DNA of 64,000 bases, taken from the NCBI GenBank assembly GCA_004022145.1, contig RCNU01000002.1; one strand, given 5' to 3'. How positions within the stretch are numbered: the first letter of the stretch is position 1; every line of letters starts with the position of its first letter. Below, one piece after another: positions 1 through 12,942 of the stretch. Both the position numbers and the translations under genes were made by a program. The notes beneath the pieces are model-generated. The model did not search any database. It was not told the origin of the DNA and worked only from the letters and a program-made list of their open reading frames with translations. The stretch comes from Paecilomyces variotii. Lineage: Eukaryota.

Positions 1-842
1 GCATCATATCTACCGGTGATCTTGCGTGGCTCCGTTGACGGCTGAAGAATGTTACTACGAAGCAGTCTGGCGCCCATTGGCGTCAGTGTCTCATTAAGAA
101 GCCCGAACAAGGAGTCTTTGGACTTCGTATTCTGCACGTTCTGGATCAACTCTAGAGAAACAACGGTAGCAAGGTCAATCATCATAGATCCCTGCGAAGG
201 TTCGAATTTGATGCGAAGAGAATGGAAGGAAAAAGACATGCCGAGTTCCACTTCGACATACTTCAACACCTAGTAGAGATTAGTTAAGCATTGATTTGTG
301 GACAGCAGCTAACAAACCGCAGCAAGTGAGCACGTTGCGAAATAGTTGCCCTCCAATGTGATTTTAATGGTCTCGAGATCTTCCTGGAAGGCGAGTCGGT
401 CCACATATTCGTGTCCTGTCCTTTCCGACCAGTATTTGCGATCAATTGTGGTGGTCTTGAGATCTGGAAGGTTCTCCTGGACGATAGAATACAACTTAGA
501 TTGTATATCTCTGGCTGTACTCATGAACAATATTTCCGTGGGCTCAAACACGTCAATTTTGTTTATTGTCTTGACGTAAGTTTGGCTATCGCATATCTGG
601 CAGAGCACTGCTTCAGAGGTAGAAAGATTGACAAACGCGAGGCCCACGGTTGATGATATTCCTCTTGATTCACTAATTGCGCATATTATATCCTGGGAAG
701 CTATACTTGTAGCTGCCGTCATGGGTCTTCCGGTTCTTGGTCGTCCAGTATTTGGTCTGCCCGAGGGGTGTCTCGACGAAGTAGTAGTCGTTGTTCCTTG
801 GTCATAGGGGTAAGATGTACCCGTCGAAAAGGATGAAGCCAT
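1..842 (-). CDS. MSH4: MutS homolog 4 (meiotic crossover factor), 5' part; continues off the left edge of the window
   Basis: Exon 842-318, intron 317-270 (GTTTGT..TAG), exon 269-<1 reading VLKYVE...IDLATVVSLELIQN...SLFGLLNETLTPMGARLLRSNILQP. The N-terminal RPxTGRPxT tract and ICAISESRG..VGLAFVNL..QICDSQTY are typical of fungal Msh4. Confidence 0.9.
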
Positions 843-1083
843 CGTCAGTCCCCTAGCTCATTTGATAGTCTCACAATATTATTGAGATCGATATACGATT
901 ATAGGCATCTCCCAGAAATGAAAACGATGTGGTTGATGTCTCGAGACTGTTGAGGACTGTTGCGGAGATAAACCACAGTTGGACAAAACGGGTTTAGTGC
1001 GATCATGCCCGAAATTTCTCCAAACCGATAAACTTTGCGATATCAGAGCAATTCAATCGCAGAAACAACTTTTTTGCTGCAAA

Positions 1084-2775
1084 ATGGCCACTGTCTTTCC
1101 TCCTCCCAGCAAGCGCCAAAAGCGCGAGGTTGCTGAAAGGGCACAGCAACAACAGGAAATCCAAGCTATCCCGGAAAACCTGGGAAACGTTCGAGTGCAA
1201 TTCTTCGACCAAGCTACCGGAAAACCCACTGGCCCCGCGGTCGCTGTACCTGTCGCCAATGCAAATGTGAAAAATCTTGAGACACTGCTTAATACGCTCC
1301 AGGGTAATGTAGGTATGCCTTCCATTCTCGAGATCGTTAACGAATTTGAGAAAGTACCGAATACCGGATTAGCTGACTCCGTGCCTGTAGGATGAGAATG
1401 AGCGCGTGCCATACAGGTTCACGTATCGATCGGACGAAAAAGACGAGCAGACGGTCGATATCCTCTCAGACCTATACTCTTCCTTGCTGAAGCCTGGTCT
1501 AAAAACTACCGAAGATATCGTTCACCTTCACTATACCCCGCAGGCTGTATTTCGAGTAAAGGCTGTGTCGCGATGTGCTTCCGCAATCTCTGGTCACGGA
1601 GAAGCAATTCTGGCGACACAATTTTCTCCTATCTCTTCGTCGACAATGGTATCTGGAAGCGGAGATTCCACGGCTAGGATATGGGATTGCGACACAGGAA
1701 CTCCAAAGCATACCCTGAAGGGTCACACTAGCTGGGTTCTAGCAGTCAGCTATTCGCCTAATGGCCTCATGATAGCCACTGGGAGCATGGATAATACTGT
1801 GCGATTGTGGGATGCAAAGAACGGACAGTCATTAGGGAACGCTCTTCGTGGCCACACGAAATGGATCACCAGTCTAGCGTGGGAACCCTACCATTCGCAG
1901 GAACCAGGAAGGCCACGACTTGCATCTGCTTCGAAAGATTCGACAGTTCGCATCTGGGATGTAGTGACGAAGAAGATCGATACCCTTCTCACAGGTCACA
2001 AAGGATCGGTGACGTGTGTCCGATGGGGTGGTACAGGGAAGGTCTACACGGCGTCGCACGACAAGACTATCAAAATCTGGAATCCTAAGGATGGAAGCCT
2101 TATCCAAACATTATCCGCGCATGCTCATCGCGTAAATCACCTGGCCCTTTCTACCGATTTCGTCCTACGCACTGCATTCTATGACCACACTGGCAAAGTC
2201 CCTCAAACAGATGCTGAGAAAGTCAAAGTGGCTAAAGAGCGATTCGAGAAAGCCGCGACGATTGACAACAAGGTCACGGAGAAGCTTGTGTCTGCTAGTG
2301 ACGACTTCACTATGTTCCTTTGGGATCCTGCGAATTCGACCAAGCCCGTGGCTCGGTTACTTGGTCACCAGAAGGAAGTGAATCATGTCACTTTCTCGCC
2401 AGACATGGCATACATCGCATCTGCGGGTTTCGACAATCATGTCAAACTATGGAATGCTCGTGACGGCAAGTGAGTATCGTCCAGTCTATCCAATTGACAA
2501 CGCAACACGGAGCTAATCTTCTTGATTTCAGATTCATCACCACACTTCGCGGCCACGTCGGTGCCGTCTATCAGTGCTGTTTCTCCGCTGACTCGCGTCT
2601 ACTCGTATCCTCCTCCAAGGACACCACGCTGAAAGTGTGGGACGTTCGCACCGGGAAATTGTCCATGGACCTCCCAGGTCACCAGGACGAAGTGTATGCT
2701 GTCGACTGGAGCCCCGACGGAGAAAAGGTCGGCAGCGGTGGACGGGACAAGGCAGTTAGGATATGGAGACATTAA
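1084..2775 (+). CDS. RSA4: Ribosome assembly protein Rsa4/Notchless (NLE domain + WD40 repeats)
   Basis: ATG at 1084 (MATVFPPPSKRQK); exons 1084-1308, 1391-2469, 2532-2775. Motifs YTPQAVFRVKAVSRC, SASDDFTMFLW, multiple GH..WD repeats, C-terminal GGRDKAVRIWRH. Confidence 0.95.
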
Positions 2776-2973
2776 CGGTCTCGACGATATCAAAATATGG
2801 TTGAAAAAGTATATAGCAAAATGACAATAATGATACCCCGGGGTTCGGTGATCAACAAAACTGAGTTCGATTTCTCTTGATGATCTATAAATGCACGCTA
2901 TTGACATTCAAACTAAGAGACAAAGGCAGTGATCGATGAATGTCATATGCATGAGCGTAAAACCATGGTCTCA

Positions 2974-3846
2974 TCAAATGAACCCATTCAAACTCATCAT
3001 GACCAACCCTAGTGAGATTTCTACCGCCCAGACACCGGACACCTTGATCCCCTGTACCCTTCCCACCGCGCCGCTCTTATGTCCTGAATCAGTCGAATTA
3101 CTCGAGTTCGAACCCCCTCCAACCGGCAGTACATTTTCTATGAAATACTTATTGTCGTCCCCCACGACATTTCCAGCCGGGTAATACTCGCAGACAACAA
3201 ACCAGCCGCTGGCCTTTCCATCGTCGCCGCCCGTGTCCGATGTGCAGTTTACTCGAGCACATCCAACGGTCCTCGAGGCCCTCCAGACGAGCTGCGTGAA
3301 GTGGCCTGTTGATTCGGCGTAGCCAGGATCTGAGTAGTTGTATAACTTCTCTTCATCACCCCAGGCTTCGACGGAAGCAGAAGCGTTTGGGTACCCCTCA
3401 GCGAGGTTTTCGCCATAGGGGCCATGCTGGAGGTCAGTTAGTCATTGATTGTGACCATTTAACTGGTTAAACTACTGGAGAATTGAAGAAAAACGGGGAG
3501 TTTTTTCATGTATTAAATGACAAAGCGGAAAAAAACATGCAGCCCTTACAGAATGTTTCCATAGACATTTCTTCGCCCAATTCTCCGCATAGGCAGTCAA
3601 CGAGTTATTCCATGTTAGAGCGCTGGCATCGTGTTGCGCGCGGTATCGATTCGTCACGTTCAGGACTGTATCTTCGAACAATGTCTCTGATGTGTATGAA
3701 CGCGCTGGAGTTGGCTGAGGTGCATAGCTTGTGATGACTACGGTCGATACGACGGTAGCTTCGTCTGATGTGGCCAAGGCAATGCCACTTTGCACAGCGA
3801 GATATAGGAAAGAGAGGACATGAGTGCGGTATAACTTCAGCTGCAT
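2974..3846 (-). CDS. Secreted CAP/SCP (PR-1/PRY-like) protein, probably GPI-anchored
   Basis: Exons 3846-3550 and 3426-2974 (intron GTAAGG..CAG). Signal peptide, N.YRAQHDASALTWN, GENLA, GHFTQLVW, VVCEYYPAGN, Ser/Gly linker and hydrophobic C-terminus. Confidence 0.9.
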
Positions 3847-5129
3847 TGCTGGAGAAATAAAAGCAAAGCCCTCCTCCTCGACAAATCACAATCCGCAAAG
3901 CGTAGGTTAACTAGATCTGTTGCTGTCTGTGTCACATATGACGTTATGGTCGTACTGAATATCTATATGCTAGTGCGGCTATGCAGATCGTGGTGCAGAT
4001 CGGTATCATTTGCAACGGCGTCTGAAAGGACAATTTGCTGAATATGCTTTGAACGCGCCGAAAGTTGAAATTGGATGAGTTAAAGGGAAAAGGAAAATAT
4101 TGTTGGATCCCCCAGTCAAAAGGATCCAGTAGTAACTGCCGGTGAGACAGGATTTGAAATCTTCTAAATATAGCATTTTAAGACAGCGGCGAACAGCGAT
4201 TATTATTGAACTTGAACTACCGAATACCTACGTACCATATCTTCTGCCCCGCAATGTGCGGCCCGAAGCTCTCTCGGGATCTCTTTGTCACTACTGGCGA
4301 CTCATATAAGATAGGAACTTTTCTGGAATGGTTCTCTAGTTTATCTCTTCCGGTTCTCCTTTGATTCCCTTCTGTCGCCGTGGTGCAGCGTCATGCGTAC
4401 GAGCAAAAAGACGCGGCCCGGGAACCTTTTCCAACCATTGTAAGCCTGGGATGTAGGACCCATGGTTATGGGAACATATTTTCGAGATGGAAGCCTAGAG
4501 AACTTCTGTGTCATCAGCCGCCGGGTTCTCTATCTAGATTAGTAGCCGGTGTTTCCGCTTTCCGCGCAGGGTTCCTGGACATCCCATATCGAGGATCAAA
4601 AGAAATAAAGGCTATCAGGACACCATTATTACGGTTCAGTGTGGTCGATAATGTGTTGGTATTTCAGGATCAGTGATCAGTATTCTCGTCATAAATTCCT
4701 GGCGGCTTGGCCTCAGAAGATGTTCCATCCGGATCCGGGCTCTACCGTCTGGTGCAAAACGGATTCATTCACGTAGCTCATCATGATTTCTATATCTCTG
4801 GGTATCTATGCACATTCCGCTCAAGTGAACTCGCTGATGCTATATACGCTTCCTTTTTCTGCGCTCGCAATGAAGCTATGCAGTGTCAAACAGCTCTCTG
4901 GGGCTAAGAGCCGCTCTGTTGTAGATGACAGTACTTCGTTCTGATAGCCAAATATTTCGTATAGAGAACGGTGCTGTAGCCCCGAAGATAAACGTTTGTG
5001 GGACCCGCGATGGTGTCGCCAGCGGGGCAGTCCTGGTATGATAGCAAGCGTGCCAGTTATGTACGCGCGTCGCAATCGTTTCGGATAGTATGATTGCTCG
5101 AGTAGATGAGAGTCGATATAAGCATGTCT

Positions 5130-7939
5130 CTACATGATGCTACATCCAACACCGTACATGGCTCGCTCAACGTTATGTCGCACTATATACCAATCTGCAC
5201 GACGCTCGGCGAATTCGTAAACCTCTTCTGCTCGCAAGATGCCGTAGAATCGATCATTATCGGCAATGACGGTGGCCAGCTCTTTCGCATCGGAGGGATG
5301 GATGAGATAGATTTGAGCCAGTTCCCGGAGAGCCTTGAAGTAGAGCAGCAGTTCACTGTTCTTCAACGTCTGTATGTAGCGGTAGTAATGGTTCATATCG
5401 CTGTATTGGAAAAGTAAGTAAATTGTCGGACGTATATTTCGAGATCTCCCTACCTGATAAGCTTTAGTGAACCTTCGACGCTGATGCGCTGCCGCTTTAG
5501 ATGCTTGCACAGAGCATTGAAGAGACGAAGTCCAACTTCTTGGTTGAAAACATCCAGCGTACTCTTGTCTGTACTTCCCACAAGCATCTGCGTATGGGAT
5601 GAGACCACATCCACTACAGCCCGCGCAGCTTCACTAACCCCCACATCCATTGTTTGCCGTTTGGGGTCCATAGAGACCTCCGGGTTAAAATCAGTGGCTA
5701 CCTGCCTTGTGGCAAGAATATAATCCACTTCTTCCATTAGGACATTGATACCCTTGTTGAGCCCAGCAGCCACCCGTTCGTCGAGCATCTGTTCAAATTT
5801 CTTCTTTTCCTTGACTGCAGGGTCCAAGAAGTCGCTTCGGTCAGTCAACTTCGAGCCTATCAGCTCCTGTTCGTAGAAGACGTCCACCATCTGAAGAATC
5901 AGATCGCCAACGTTTACTAGTTCCAGGAATGTCACCAGAGGTTCGACCCCAGACGTGTCGCGGTCTCCTTGCTCACGTGGCCTATAGTTGGACAGGTGAT
6001 CCACTGCCTTGTCAAAGCCTTGGATGACATGGCGCTGTCCTAGAATGCGCAGCAAAGCAACAAATATGGCCTCGCATTGGTGTCTTGCTGCCATGCCGTA
6101 CTCTCCGCCAAGTTTCACAAACTGCGCCGCTCTCTCCAGACTGTTTTTCGCGGAATGGACAAGGCCTAAAGCGACCTCAATACTGAAGAGCGATCGGATA
6201 CCTTCCAGTTTTGCATTCATGATAGCAGCCTTTGCTGCGAGTTCTGTGGTTGGAGCCTCCTGTAAGGGAACAGGAAAAACCGGAGACATTGTAGTCGAAA
6301 ATCTGTTGGGACTCTTCAGCGGCGGGTTCGGGTCAGCGCCGCTCAATTCACCCTCGCTTTTAGCAGTGCTTGATTTTGATGAGAAGCTTGGAAGAATATT
6401 CACAGGCATCATGACGACCTTCTTGAAAGAGGACAGGAAATCCTTCTTATCAGCTTGTCGATTCACATTGGACATCAGAAAAGACTCCGTTGACGCTGCT
6501 TGCTCGGAGAGCTGCCGATCCCATTCATTAACTGCATCATCAGAACCTTTCTTGAAAAATTCTAGCTCCTCCGCAAGATACAGGTCAATATGTGCCTCAT
6601 AAATTCCGGCAATGACACGGTTGACTGTGTCATAGAACTCATCACCGGTAATGTGGATAGGCTGTAACGATTGGGAAAAGTTTGTGCATTGCACAAAAGT
6701 TCCTGATACAGCTTTGAGGTAGGATTCAACGTCTCTCCGATGCAGCTCCTCGAATAACGCTGCCAGAAACGGGGACATTACATCCACTCCCACCTTCTGA
6801 AGAAAAGGGGTAGCAACGTCTAAAGACGGTGGGAAAGCTCGCGAGATTATCGAGACCTCATCATTATAGCCGACACCTAGGCGGGTAAGAAAAGCTTGGG
6901 TGTGCTGAAGCTTAACAGCCCCAGTTTCCGAATCGATACAGTCTTTTACGTTGCCAAAGTCAGACTTCCTGGTCACGACATGGTTGTGGTGGATAAAATA
7001 GTCGATAGCAGAGCCGCCCCCGTTGAGAATCGTAAGCACATGGGCATATTTGCGCATTTTACCATCAATATCCTCGCTTTCATAACCGTCTCGGAACTCC
7101 TTGGCAGCTGCGACCTCAAACATGGAGACTGTATCCTGCAGCTGCCGATGACGTTCCTCCCACCCTGTCGTAGTATCGGATTTGGCAAACGCCTGAAGCT
7201 GAGAGAGGATCTGCGCTTGATGCTCTGGGTCCTGGTATTGTTTGAATACCATGTTCTCAGTAGACGGACCATTGCTCACTATATCATTGTAGAACGGAGC
7301 CAGCGCAGCATGAACTTTCCCATACTCCTGTCGCGCTTCTCCGCGTATGGACTGGACTGATTTCAATGCCACCAGAGGACCCTCAGCTGCTGGACCTGAG
7401 AACTGGTTGGACGTTGTTGGAACTGACAGGCTTATCTTGTCGAAACCATCAATAAGAGATCTCCTGTTATTAGCTGCGCCATTGTCGCCAGCAGAACCAT
7501 TTGTAACAGACACACTGTCTGCCAGCTCCTGTATTTCCTGTCGCTCCACACTTTCAACCGTGGCAATTGTCCCATGTGTTTTCTCCACATGCTTCCTCGC
7601 TTCTATTTCGTTCCAGCAACCCATGCGCTTCAGTCTCTGTACCCATCTGGTGTCATCATAGACCATCTCACGAAGGAGGCGCGAGGAACGTGCGGCGAGG
7701 ATCAAATCGGTAGGAGATAGGTAGTCAAGAATAGAAGACATGATCTCTAGTCATAACGATATTTCATTAGCTTTGAAAATCCTCTCTATATCATGGACAT
7801 CTGGAGATGTGGAACCAAAACACCTACCAGCAGGGAGAGCCGCTCTGGACACCTCCTCCATGGAGGCCATCCTCAACGTAGCCAGCACATCTCTCCTCGG
7901 CTTGTTCGCCTGGGCTGGCCCTCTCCTTGGTTTTGACAT
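5130..7939 (-). CDS. RCY1: F-box recyclin Rcy1/Pof6 (Sec10-like helical body)
   Basis: Exons 7939-7828, 7746-5454, 5400-5130. F-box LPAEIMSSILDYLSP..L..AARSSR spans intron 1; ADKKDFLSSFKKVVMMP; FLELVNVGDLI; C-terminal CaaX box CSIM. Confidence 0.9.
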
Positions 7940-8894
7940 GTTGGTATCGCTGGTTCAGCATCTGGTAGAACAGCTCTTCGTATTGTAAGTATGTTATCGC
8001 ATTCGTGGGCGACGGGAGCTCGTGGCGGTCCGTGAGCTCATGCGACCGCGTGGATCTTCACCGGAGAAAGGAGGAGACAGTTAAAGGACTTTAACGAAAC
8101 AGAGGAGAAGGTATAATCATTATCATTATCATTTTTAAAAATCTTCCATGTAGTTCTTGGAGATTGTCAACATACCTACACACCGGACGGCGGAGTGTTT
8201 GGGGTACTCGGGATGCCCGCCGGTGGCACTTTGGAGATCGGCAAAATTTCCATGTCGGGCTAGGAAAGGAACTTCTTGTCTGCAGAATCCGGGGTAATCT
8301 TCCATCTATTGATCCACTCTCTGTTCAGCTTCGTGAGAATATCCGTCTAGGGATTTGTAAAGTGTTCCAGTTTCTAAAAATCATATGGTGAGGACAGAGA
8401 ATATGCTGTGCGTTTCCAAGATTATGAGCACCTGTCTTCCGTATTTCATGTGGAATATTTATTCATACTTCAGATGTCACTGCACGCGCCATTACTCGAA
8501 CAATCATCGCATTGATGTCACAGAGATATTATACTTCCACAGCAGGAGCCAATTAGGTTGATTTGCGCAGCCATTCTCTTTAAGTATTAAACTTCTTCCT
8601 ATATACTAGAATAACGACTTGGAAGCACCGCGCAGTATGGATTCATGAGCAGCCAGGAACGTGAAAGCGTAAGATGTAAATGTTGATGCTGTAAGCTACT
8701 TCCGACGAGAAGAGACAAAAAGAGATATAGGGAGCATCGTGTAAAGCTCGTCGAAGAGTGGCGTGTGCTTGTCCCAAAGTAAGGTAACAGGTGACCGGCT
8801 TCACTGCCACCTGAGGAGCGTTCAACCCGCAATCGCCTCGCTGTCAATACCCCACTGTCATCCTCGATGAGGTTATTTCTTTTGAGCTGTCGAT

Positions 8895-10702
8895 ATGCCT
8901 TCAATTTTCTGTACCTCGCTATTAACTGGAGACATTTCTAAACCAATCCTCCACGTAGAAGCTCGTGTCAAGAGCGATGGAGAGAATGTCATTATCCGTA
9001 CAGACGTCGTGGGTCTTCTACAGCGCGATACCATTCTCTGTATCATGACACTTACGAGCATTCAGATTAGAGAAGAGATCAGTAAATGGCTGGTCGAGAA
9101 CTTTGCAGTGCTGTCTTTGGGCCAGGAGCTGCGCTCGTTCGGTAGGGGCACTGCTCTTCTTGAACTGAGGAGTTTATTCCTTACAACTCCGCGCAGATGA
9201 CCTTAGGGAATCACACGCTCAAGTTCTCGATTCCATCAAGGTTACTGAGTGCACTGGAGGCCAACTGGAATCAGGAGCATACCGCTTGGAAGATGTCCAG
9301 CTGGATGTGCAGGCGTACCAGCTACGAGGTTCCGCAGAACTGGAGAGTTCTCAACAAACTATGAGACTAGGAGATAACGGAGAGGATACAGGGCCTCAAG
9401 CTAGAGTTGTTGCTCTGCCGAATAAAGAGTTGGACGGTATCTGGGAGTCGTACGTATCACTGCACTGTGGGATTGATAATATGTTAATTTTGGATCTCCA
9501 GTCTATTGTTTGAACAACAGATTCCATCGACTCTGCTACGAGCACTTAGCCGCATGGGTTAGTACTCGAGTCCCGGTTTTTCTTGTCAAGACTAACAGTA
9601 CAGTTTCAATGTCCGCTCGTCGTTTAGACGCATGGACGATCAATTGGAATCGCCTCGTTCTCCTCTGGGGACCTCCAGGCACAGGAAAGACAAGTCTATG
9701 GTCAGTACTGCCAGACCGTATTTCTGCAAGTATAGTCCAAGGAGTAGCTGATCAAGGACTGCAGTCGTGCCCTTGCTCAGAAACTTGCAATTCGACTCGG
9801 GAAGCAATTCCCGCAGAGCAGGTTGATTGAGATAAATGCCCACTCGTTAGCCAGTAAATATTTCGGCGAGAGCGGAAAGCTTGTAAGCAAGATGTTCGAT
9901 CATATCGAGTCTATGCTGGAGGAAGAAGAGGATACACTGGCCTGCGTCTTTGTGGACGAAGTCGAGACACTGACAGCCAAAAGGGAGCAAGCTCTCCAGG
10001 GGAATGAGCCGTTTGATGCCATGCGTGCAGTTAATGCGCTGTTAACAGCGCTGGACCGCTTGAGACACCGTCCGAACGTGGTCGTGCTCTGCACGAGCAA
10101 CTTGATTGCAGCATTGGTGAGAGGACTGGAAGCTTGGACCCGTTTTTGATAGTATATAGTCAATTGCTAACCTTATTGTGACTGCCAGGACGACGCGTTT
10201 CTTGATCGAGTCGATATAAAACAGTTTATACCAAAGCCGCCATCAAGAGTAATTTACGAGATTTACAAGAGCTGTCTGGAGGACCTGAGTAGATGCGGTG
10301 TGATCGAGGGGAAAGCATTCGATGTGATACAGACCGTTCCTGACGACATATGTGCACCCCTTGAATACATCGAGCAGAACGCAGACGTACTGCTGCTTCC
10401 AGGATATGATGATATGCTGCTGAGGTATCAGATGTTCCCGGATTCTATTCCCAAGCAGCTTGCAGATGCTGCAAGTGCCAGTCAAGTAAGTACTGCAGCG
10501 GATACCCCGGAATTAACGGGATGATGTCTCCTCACATTATCACTAGGGGCTGAGCGGCCGTACACTGCGTAGACTGCCTGCTCTGTCGCTGGTACTGCAT
10601 ACACACTGGGCGACTTGCACGATTCACGAGGCGGCTGCGGCGCTGCGGAAGGGCATTGCAGCGGAACAGCGGGTGGGCACGGAAACGGCGGGGAGTAGCT
10701 AA
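8895..10702 (+). CDS. PCH2: Pachytene checkpoint AAA+ ATPase Pch2/TRIP13
   Basis: 8 exons (8895-9008, 9066-9141, 9197-9449, 9502-9557, 9604-9700, 9765-10116, 10189-10485, 10547-10702). Motifs [83 protein letters not shown]. Confidence 0.93.
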
Positions 10703-10912
10703 GAGGCCATCTGGGACGGTTCCTGAGACATTGCACGGGGTAGCAGTGCTGTTGATACTGGAATGCAAGATAGAATCACGGTGTTCAGCGGTCTAGACAT
10801 ACAATATAACCATCACCTCGACGCTGAGCCGGCCTTTTGTGTGCTGGCATCTCGCGCTGTCGATGTCGTGCCGTCGCGGTTTTTGCCGAAGGAACCTAAC
10901 CAGGGCCGGCGG

Positions 10913-10938
10913 CCAATCAGCGCGAGGGTTTAGCCAAT
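10913..10938 (+). promoter_or_regulatory. Two CCAAT boxes upstream of CYT1 (candidate HAP/CBC sites)
   Basis: CCAAT at 10913-10917 and 10934-10938, about 170-190 bp before the ATG. Cytochrome genes are known CCAAT-binding-complex targets in fungi; function here is inferred. Confidence 0.5.
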
Positions 10939-11104
10939 CCACCCCCAAGAGAAACTTGACGAGCTCCGGTCGACAACTTCAACTTCACCTCCAAAGGACA
11001 ACCTCCTCACCGGCGCCTACCTCCCCCCTCCCCTCTACAACCCCTCTGCGGCTCTTGTTCCTTCCTCTATCCTTGGGTGATCAGAGGGCCTTGGATTCAT
11101 CAGC

Positions 11105-12388
11105 ATGCTGGCACGCTCTTCCCTCCTCAGCGTGCCCTCGCGGGCGATCGCACGACAGACTTTCCGCCAAACAACCACGGTACGCATCACCGGCCTTCGA
11201 CGAGCCATTGGCCTTGATGGGATAGCACAATTCCTTGCAAAGGCCGTCAGAAATATGATGAGGGACTTTTTGACTGACAAGATGCGCAGCGGGCGTCTTC
11301 CTCCACATCCGGCACTGAGGCCGCCAGCTCCCCCTTCTATCTCACACTCACGGCCACCGCTGCGACGCTCGCCACGATCGGTTCGACCGCATGGTACTAC
11401 CATCTCTATGGCCAGGAGGCCTTTGCAATGACACCTGCTGAGGAAGGGTGAGTGGTCCTGAACCGCGTTTGATGGGTGTCTAGCCGTTCCGCTTCTCCGA
11501 AGCGTGCGACGATGACAACGATGGCAACTTCTAACGTGTTGGAATTAAAGATTGCACGCGACTCAGTACCCGTGGGAGCACCAGAAATGGACAAAGACCT
11601 TCGACCACCAGGCGTGAGTCCACCCGATCTATTGTTTTGGCTGATATCAGACTCACCTGGCTCTCCAGTCTGCGCCGCGGTTTCCAGGTTTACCGTGAAG
11701 TTTGCTCTTCCTGCCACTCTCTGACCCGTGTCCCGTGGCGTTCGTTCGTCGGTGTCATGCACACCGTTGACGAGATGAAGGCTATGGCCGAAGAGCACGA
11801 GTACGACACCGAGCCCAACGACGAGGGTGAGATCGAGAAGCGCCCCGGAAAGCTGTCCGACTACATCCCTCCGCCTTACAAGAACGACGAGGCCGCTCGT
11901 GCTTCCAACAACGGTGCTCTGCCCCCTGATCTCAGCTTGATCGTCAAGGGCCGTCACGGTGGCTGCAACTACATCTTCTCCCTTCTGACCGGTTACCCCG
12001 ATGAGCCCCCAGCGGGTGCCTCCGTCCAGGAGGGTCTGAACTTCAACCCTTACTTCCCTGGAACTGGTATGGGCTCTGAATCTGAATTTGCTGTGTGATT
12101 AGAGAAGCTGACCTTCTTCTAGGTATTGGTATGGCCCGTGTCCTTTTCGACGGCCTCGTTGAGTACGAGGATGGCACCCCCGCCACCACCTCCCAGATGG
12201 CCAAGGACGTTGTTGAGTTCCTGAACTGGGCTGCTGAGCCCGAGATGGATGACCGCAAGAAGATGGGTCTCAAGTCTCTGACCATCCTGACCGGTCTCTT
12301 CGCCCTGAGCGTCTGGGTCAAGCGCTACAAGTGGGCCCCAATCAAGACGAGAAAGATCATCTACAACCCCCCCGTTGGCAGAAAGTAA
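11105..12388 (+). CDS. CYT1: Cytochrome c1, mitochondrial
   Basis: 5 exons (11105-11179, 11290-11447, 11551-11613, 11669-12066, 12123-12388). Arg-rich presequence, [16 protein letters not shown] haem motif, [15 protein letters not shown]-terminal TM helix. Confidence 0.97.
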
Positions 12389-12942
12389 GGTTGGAGAACG
12401 TCTCGATCGGATGATATGCGGAAACGGGAGGGTATGAAGGAGATATCCTAGCCTGCGTTCCATTCCCCCCGTTGGCTGGGTACTGTCGACTTCCGCCCTT
12501 CATTGGCCATTGTTACTACTTGTCTGTCTACCTGTTTTTATCTGAACCTACTCAGAAACGCTTGTATCTGTACCCTAGATATCTCCTTTGAAAATCTGTT
12601 CGAAGAAAGCCATTTCCTTTGTCAGAAAGAATTCCGTTTCTGTTTTTCAATTCTCGATCGCGTATTCCTGGTATATGGCTGCCTTTATGGGTGGAAGTTA
12701 GGTGCACTCCTGTCGGATGCGTCTTGTGAAAAATGCAATGTAGAAACATGTGGTACTTCTCAAGAGCGTCCCTTAAGTCGAGGTATAAAGGTGAAGATAC
12801 ACGGCCTTCGATGCACACTAACCCGAGCAGCGACACGGTAATGTTATTTGAACAAACCATCACTATCATTGCATTGATACTTCATATTTCATATCTATAT
12901 TTATATATCCAAGAACTTCAAATAGTAGACATATAGTACCTT

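Noticed and set aside
979-1083. Upstream TTG-start extension of RSA4 in the ORF track
   Set aside because: Non-ATG start; the conserved N-terminus begins at the ATG at 1084.
4000-5100. Short ORFs between the CAP gene and RCY1
   Set aside because: No motifs, non-ATG starts, and no coherent splice model found.
6009-7661. Several 100-200 aa plus-strand ORFs
   Set aside because: Antisense shadows of RCY1. Similar shadows occur over CYT1, the DUF221 gene, GDB1 and GPD.
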